This document shows positions 45,804-50,439 of a stretch of 50,439 bases of DNA, piece by piece; position 1 is the stretch's first letter, and every line of letters begins with the position of its first letter. The stretch lies in contig JBKPRY010000145.1 in NCBI GenBank assembly GCA_046734755.1, forward strand, positions 1 to 50,439, in the 5' to 3' direction. Source of the DNA: Actinomycetota bacterium. GTDB taxonomy: Bacteria; Actinomycetota; UBA4738; HRBIN12. A program made the translations under genes and the position numbers. The notes beneath the pieces are model-generated. The model was given only the letters and a program-made list of their open reading frames with translations, was not told the DNA's origin and did no database searches.

Positions 45804-46796
45804 CTAGCGCCTCACCACCAGGCGCTTGATCGCGCGCGGCACCGCACCGAACCGATACTTGTATGCGTAGTCGCCCTTCAACATGTCGAACGCCGAACAC
45901 CCCGCCTCGATCGCGACACGGATGTCTTCCGCCACGAGCACCATCCCAGGTGACACGGGCTGATAGGCGCGGTCGAACGCCGAGTTGTACAGCGAGGAGA
46001 TGCCCTCGAACCGGAAGCCGATCGAGCCCGCGAGCTTCAGATGCTCCGCGGTCTCGATGAACGTTAGGCTGAAGATCCCTCTCGGGAGGAACGCGTCGCC
46101 GAGCCGGCGGAAGAAGATCTCCATCCCCGGCTGCATGAAGACACCCTTCGGCCCCTCGCTCGTGCGATGCAACTCGACGAAGCGATCGAGGAAGGGCTCG
46201 AGCGTGTCCGGGGTGGCCAGGCAGATGTGCCAGGGGCCGACCTCGGCCTCCAGGCGACGCGCCTTGCGCCTGATCTCGTGGCGGAGCTTGGCCGGCAGAC
46301 GCTCGAGGTACTCGGCGTACGAACCGGGCAGGGTGAGCATGGGCGCGACCCCGTTCTGGTCCTCCAACACCTCGGTCGAGAAACCTTGCGCCGCAGCTGC
46401 CTCAACGAGCAGGCCGAGCCACGGCTGGTCTTCCGGGAGGCCGCGGAGATCGGCCTCGATCCACTCGTCCGTCCGCGCGAGCGCTGCGAAGAGTTCCTTC
46501 GCGACGGTGGGTCGGGCCTCGGGCAGCCCGACCGGTCCCATGTAGTCGGTCACCTCGGTCCCGCCGAGGAACCGTAGGGCCCCGTCCAACCGTTCGAACG
46601 CGACCGCGCCGACCTGGTCCCCGTCCTCCTCGGCGAACGCGAGCAGGAGGTGATCGGGCAGGTCGGCGAACTCCTCCCAGTAGAGCTTGAGAAAGGCGGG
46701 CGTGTGGAAGACGGTGCCGGCCGGGTCGGCCGAGACGAGCGCCGACCAGTCACGCCGGGCGAAGTCCCGCGGGTCCTGGCTGAAGACGATGTCCAT
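45804..46796 (-). CDS. GNAT-fold acetyltransferase of the CelD/BioF2-like (Acetyltransf_6, FemAB-related) type
   Basis: ORF track, 330 aa, with a natural composition. The C-terminal DMLKGDYAYKYRFGA motif is typical of this family. Confidence 0.7.
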   Translation of the reverse strand: MDIVFSQDPRDFARRDWSALVSADPAGTVFHTPAFLKLYWEEFADLPDHLLLAFAEEDGDQVGAVAFERLDGALRFLGGTEVTDYMGPVGLPEARPTVAKELFAALARTDEWIEADLRGLPEDQPWLGLLVEAAAAQGFSTEVLEDQNGVAPMLTLPGSYAEYLERLPAKLRHEIRRKARRLEAEVGPWHICLATPDTLEPFLDRFVELHRTSEGPKGVFMQPGMEIFFRRLGDAFLPRGIFSLTFIETAEHLKLAGSIGFRFEGISSLYNSAFDRAYQPVSPGMVLVAEDIRVAIEAGCSAFDMLKGDYAYKYRFGAVPRAIKRLVVRR

Positions 46797-46837
46797 CGCG
46801 TGCGAGCCCCGCGCTCATCGCCGGTCTCGCGGCGACC

Positions 46838-48649
46838 CTACCAGGAGCCCCCGCCTCCGCCGCCGCCCCCGCCGCCCGCTCCCCCGCCGCCAAAGCCGCT
46901 CGAACCCGAGCCGGCCGGCGTCGACGAGATCGTGCCGCTGGTCTGCACGGTGAACGAGTCGATGCTGTCGGCGAACTGCGCGTAGACGAACGGGCGGCTG
47001 CTGACGTACCAGGTGGTGTCGATCGGCGGCTGCCCGAGGGACTCGAACGCCTTCGCCCACTTGTCGGTCACGCCGAACACGACCGCGTATGGCAGGAAGC
47101 GCGTGAACACGTTCTCCTGCTCGGCCCACTTGGACATGTAGGCCTCGGCCTTCTCGATCACGATCTGGAACCCCTTCACGCGCCGCGTCATCGCCGTGCC
47201 CTTCGCGGTTCGCGCCGGCATGCGGTTTGCCCCGATCAGCAGGAGGATGCCGCCGATCACGAACGGGAGGCCCAGGATGCCGAGCTTGGTGAAGTACGCC
47301 AGCAGGATCGTGATCCCGATCCCGAGTGAGAGAGCAAGCACCCCGATCACCACCCAGGTCTGCCGGACCTTGTCCGGTCGCCGCAGGAACCACTTGCGCG
47401 AGACCATGTCGTTGTAGAGGGCGTCCTTGACCTTCTGCAGCCGCTCGGCGAACTTCTTCCGCAGCGCCGAGAGCTCGACCTGGTCGCCGTCCTCGAACAG
47501 CCCATCCAGCAGCTTCCTCTCGTACGGCAGGAGCTTTTCGTTCGCGGGTTCGGGCAGCAGGCGAAGGTTCCAGTCTGCCTTGCCGAGCACCCACGTCTTG
47601 GGGATCTCCTCGATCACCAGGTACTTGCGCACCGCAAGGTCGACGATCGTGGCGCTCACGTCCAACGTGTTGGCCACCTCGTCGACCAGCGTGCCGACCT
47701 GCCCCGGCCGCAGGCCCTCGGGCGGCTCGAACTCGACGACCGAGGTCCCCTTCTCGAACAAGGGGACCGCCTGCGCCCCGGCGTCCGGCGCGCCACCCAT
47801 CACCTGGTCGACCTGCGATCCGCGGTAGCGGACGTCCCGGCCGCGCCTCCACATCAGCCAGGCGAACCCGCCGGCCACGAGCGCGAGCAGCCCGACCCCG
47901 CCGCCCACGCTGCTCGGGGTTCGGCTGAACGCCTTGTCCAGCGACCAGCGTTCGTCCAGGATCGGCGCGGTGCTAGCCACGGTGCCTTTCGGCAACGCGA
48001 TCACCACCGACATCGCCTGGAACGCGGGCAGGTTCGATTGCTGGAACACCGCATCGCCCTTCCTCGTGATCTGCGAGCGGTCACATGCCACGGTCGAGCC
48101 GAACGGCCCCTGGTAGCACGCGATGCGCGTGATGTCGTTGGGGCCGGACACCCGGACGTTCATCTCGCCGATGTCCTGCTCCCACTGCTCGCCGATCGCG
48201 TTCCAGAACAACTCCTCGTGGTCGGCAAACCCGTTCATCGCGCCCCGGACCGTGTAGACGATCTCATACGTGTGCCTGCCCGTGATCGTCGTGTCGGGAT
48301 CGCCGATCCGGATCACGAAGTTGCCGTTCTCGTCCTTGGTTTCGACGTCGTCGGGCGTCCCAGGTGGGGAGGCCGTCACGGACCGCAGGTCGATCGGGTA
48401 GACGCGGTCGAAGTCGTCGTCGTCCCGAAGCCGGTTCGGGATATATCGGAAGATCCCGTGTCGAGGCGTCGAACCGAAATCCTGGACGATCGTCTCGGTG
48501 ATCTCGAGGTCGCCCGACGGCTCGATCGCAATGTTCACGTCGAACCGCGGCGTGGACTCGACGCCGAACCCCTGCGCCCGAGATGGAGAGGGTGCGAGGA
48601 CTGCCCAGACCATGACACCGAGCCATGCGATGCGGGCCGATCGTGTCAC
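46838..48649 (-). CDS. DUF2207-family membrane protein with signal peptide and poly-Gly C-terminus
   Basis: GTG at 48649 is preceded by GGAGG and overlaps the CAX stop as GTGA. The signal-like N-terminus is VTRSARIAWLGVMVWAVLAPSPSRAQG. It is followed by a large extracytoplasmic domain, TM segments, and a tail ending GFGGGGAGGGGGGGGGGSW. Confidence 0.8.
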   Translation of the reverse strand: MTRSARIAWLGVMVWAVLAPSPSRAQGFGVESTPRFDVNIAIEPSGDLEITETIVQDFGSTPRHGIFRYIPNRLRDDDDFDRVYPIDLRSVTASPPGTPDDVETKDENGNFVIRIGDPDTTITGRHTYEIVYTVRGAMNGFADHEELFWNAIGEQWEQDIGEMNVRVSGPNDITRIACYQGPFGSTVACDRSQITRKGDAVFQQSNLPAFQAMSVVIALPKGTVASTAPILDERWSLDKAFSRTPSSVGGGVGLLALVAGGFAWLMWRRGRDVRYRGSQVDQVMGGAPDAGAQAVPLFEKGTSVVEFEPPEGLRPGQVGTLVDEVANTLDVSATIVDLAVRKYLVIEEIPKTWVLGKADWNLRLLPEPANEKLLPYERKLLDGLFEDGDQVELSALRKKFAERLQKVKDALYNDMVSRKWFLRRPDKVRQTWVVIGVLALSLGIGITILLAYFTKLGILGLPFVIGGILLLIGANRMPARTAKGTAMTRRVKGFQIVIEKAEAYMSKWAEQENVFTRFLPYAVVFGVTDKWAKAFESLGQPPIDTTWYVSSRPFVYAQFADSIDSFTVQTSGTISSTPAGSGSSGFGGGGAGGGGGGGGGGSW

Positions 48650-49707
48650 AACGCCTCCACGAAAAAGAACGAGATGGCCATGATGACGTACGCGCCCGTC
48701 AGCTGGGCGCCCTCCAGCCAGTTGCTCCGGCCGTCGCTCGAGATCATGAAGACCAGGACCGTCGACAGGGCGACCGCCGCCACCTCGAACGTGCTGAACA
48801 CGAAGTCCATCGGATGGCCGGCGAACAGGCTGATGAAGACCAGCGCCGGCGCCACGAACAACGCGATCTGGGTGGACGAGCCGATCGCGATCTCGAGGGT
48901 CACGTCCACCTTGTTCCGCAGCGCGAACAGGATCGCCGACGAGTGCTCGGCCGCGTTGCCGATGATCGGGATCACGATCAGGCCGACGAAGAGCTCGGAG
49001 AGGCCGAGGTCCTCGAGCGCGGGTTCGAGCGACGACACGAGGACCTCGGCCTCCAGGGCGACGAACGCGGTCGCGAGGAGCAGCACCCCGACCGCTCGCC
49101 GTCTGGACCATTCCGGATGTTCCTCGGGCGAGGGAGTTCGGAACAGATGCTCGTGGGTGACGAGCGTGAAGACCAGCGCCGCCACATAGAGCGCGATCAG
49201 GACGGCGGCGACGGTGGCGCTCACGACCTCGCGCTGGATGAACGTGTCGGTGTTCTGCGAGTGCGCGAACAACGCGGGCATCAGGAGCGCGGTCACGGCC
49301 AAGACGAGCGAGGTCGCGTGCACCGAGGCGGCCCGGGCGTTGTAGGTCTGCTCCTCATGCTTGATCCCGCCCACGAGAAACGAGAGGCCGAGGACCAGCA
49401 GGAGGTTGCCGATGATCGAGCCCGTGAGCGAGGCCTTCACGATCTCGGTCTGGTCGTCCAGGATCAGGAAGAACGCGATCACCAGCTCGGTCACGTTGCC
49501 GAACGTCGCGTTGATCAACCCGCCGACACGCGGGCCAGTTTGGAGCGCCAGTTGTTCGGTCGAGCGCCCGATCAGCCCGGCGAGCGGCAGGATCGCTCCG
49601 GCCGCGGTGAGGAAGATCAGCAGCTCGTTGCCGCCCGCGAGCTCGAGCACGATCGACAGTGGCACGAGCACGAGCAGCCAGTCGAGCGAGGGTCGGAGCC
49701 TTGGCAT
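48646..49707 (-). CDS. Ca2+/H+ antiporter (CAX/ChaA family)
   Basis: ORF track, 353 aa. The two alpha-repeat motifs GNVTELV and GNAAEHS are present, with about 11 TM segments. Confidence 0.9.
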   Translation of the reverse strand: MPRLRPSLDWLLVLVPLSIVLELAGGNELLIFLTAAGAILPLAGLIGRSTEQLALQTGPRVGGLINATFGNVTELVIAFFLILDDQTEIVKASLTGSIIGNLLLVLGLSFLVGGIKHEEQTYNARAASVHATSLVLAVTALLMPALFAHSQNTDTFIQREVVSATVAAVLIALYVAALVFTLVTHEHLFRTPSPEEHPEWSRRRAVGVLLLATAFVALEAEVLVSSLEPALEDLGLSELFVGLIVIPIIGNAAEHSSAILFALRNKVDVTLEIAIGSSTQIALFVAPALVFISLFAGHPMDFVFSTFEVAAVALSTVLVFMISSDGRSNWLEGAQLTGAYVIMAISFFFVEAL

Positions 49708-49765
49708 CCGCGAAGCCTAGAGCCTCACCCGGCCCGCCGTGATCGGAGCGACTAGGCTCGTCACG

Positions 49766-50439
49766 GTGGAGGAGACGCCGAGGCTATACCGGGAGCTCGC
49801 CGAGTGGTGGCCGCTGCTCTCGGCCCCCGAGGACTACGTCGAGGAGGCCGAGGAGTACCGGCGGCTGCTGGTCGAGGGCTCCGGCGGCCGGACCCGCGAC
49901 GTGCTGGAGCTCGGCTCGGGCGGCGGCAACAACGCCTCGCACATGAAGGCGCACTTCCGGCTGACGCTCGTCGACAGCTCACCGCAGATGTTGGCCGTGA
50001 GCCGCAGGCTCAACCCCGAGTGCGAGCACTTCGAGGGCGACATGCGCTCGGTGCGGCTGGGGCGGGCCTTCGACGCGGTGTTCGTGCACGACGCGATCGC
50101 CTACATGACCACCGAGGACGATCTCCGCGGCGTGTTCGCGACGGCGTTCGAGCACTGTAAGGCCGGCGGGGTGGCGCTGTTCGTTCCCGATGCCGTGACG
50201 GAGACGTTCGAGCCGGCGGCCGACCACGGCGGGCACGACGGGCCAGACCGGGCGCTGCGCTACCTCGAGTGGACCTGGGATCCGGACCCGGACGACACCT
50301 CGGTGCGGATGGATCTCACGTACGTGTTCCACGAACCCGACGGGTCGGTGCACACCGAGCTCGACGAGCACGTCTGCGGCCTGTTCCCTCGTGCGACGTG
50401 GCTCCGGTTGATCGGCGGCGCGGGCTTCGACGTGCGGGC
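49766..50439 (+). CDS. Class I SAM-dependent methyltransferase; C-terminus cut by the window edge
   Basis: Own translation: V EETPRLYRELAEWWPLLSAPEDY...VLELGSGGGNNA...LVDSSPQMLA...FDAVFVHDAIAYM. The motif I is GxGxG-like. An alternative GTG start is at 49739. It is absent from the ORF track because no stop lies in the window. Confidence 0.7.
   Translation, partial: MEETPRLYRELAEWWPLLSAPEDYVEEAEEYRRLLVEGSGGRTRDVLELGSGGGNNASHMKAHFRLTLVDSSPQMLAVSRRLNPECEHFEGDMRSVRLGRAFDAVFVHDAIAYMTTEDDLRGVFATAFEHCKAGGVALFVPDAVTETFEPAADHGGHDGPDRALRYLEWTWDPDPDDTSVRMDLTYVFHEPDGSVHTELDEHVCGLFPRATWLRLIGGAGFDVR

Overview
This is a very GC-rich 50.4 kb chromosomal segment in which third codon positions are almost always G or C. 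It has actinobacterial hallmarks: a WhiB regulator, LLM-type and DDN-type F420 oxidoreductases, a mycothiol-type DinB/MDMPI enzyme, frequent GTG/TTG starts and many 4-nt GTGA stop/start overlaps. I call 55 protein-coding genes, two of them cut by the window edges and absent from the ORF track. I also call one probable gene remnant and a few repeats and regulatory sites. I see no rRNA, tRNA, CRISPR array, transposase, integrase, toxin-antitoxin pair or recognisable defence island, so this looks like core metabolic genome rather than an accessory region. Many long ORFs in the track are Arg/Pro/Gly/Ala-rich shadow frames antisense to real genes. Several real genes start well inside the listed ORF, and I re-derived those starts from protein N-termini and Shine-Dalgarno motifs.

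Main blocks:
- 1-8.7 kb: an amine-assimilation island built on gamma-glutamylation. It has a PuuD-like hydrolase, an orphan ORF, a split glutamate-synthase-like GlxBCD/MgsABC set, a GlnT-type GS, a divergent second GS-like ligase and an APC permease.
- 9.2-11.7 kb: a cNMP/CBS/DUF294 nucleotidyltransferase translationally coupled to a DEDDh exonuclease.
- 11.8-18 kb: a folate/C1 block (fhs, GcvT-family protein, 5-formyl-THF cyclo-ligase) containing a second paralogous exonuclease.
- 18.8-24.9 kb: glucokinase, a Get3/ArsA-like ATPase neighbourhood, a GT4 glycosyltransferase, ygfZ and whiB.
- 25-27.2 kb: heptose genes hddA-gmhB-gmhA.
- 27.2-28.9 kb: a DnaQ-GIY-YIG fusion behind a promoter carrying a perfect SOS-box palindrome.
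- 30.4-31.9 kb: a compact operon of an atypical receiver-domain protein with small unknown proteins.
- 33.9-36.9 kb: korAB.
- 38-40 kb: a USP-USP-Rieske fusion and a cNMP-binding protein coupled to a membrane protein.
- 40.2-43.8 kb: metH.
- Right end: erpA-like, ybaK, MDMPI-like, GNAT, DUF2207, CAX and a truncated methyltransferase.

The best candidates for undescribed biology are three modules: the NTase/exonuclease pair and its orphan paralog, the atypical-REC operon, and the two-ligase amine island with its embedded orphan ORF. None of these can be assigned a function from sequence alone.
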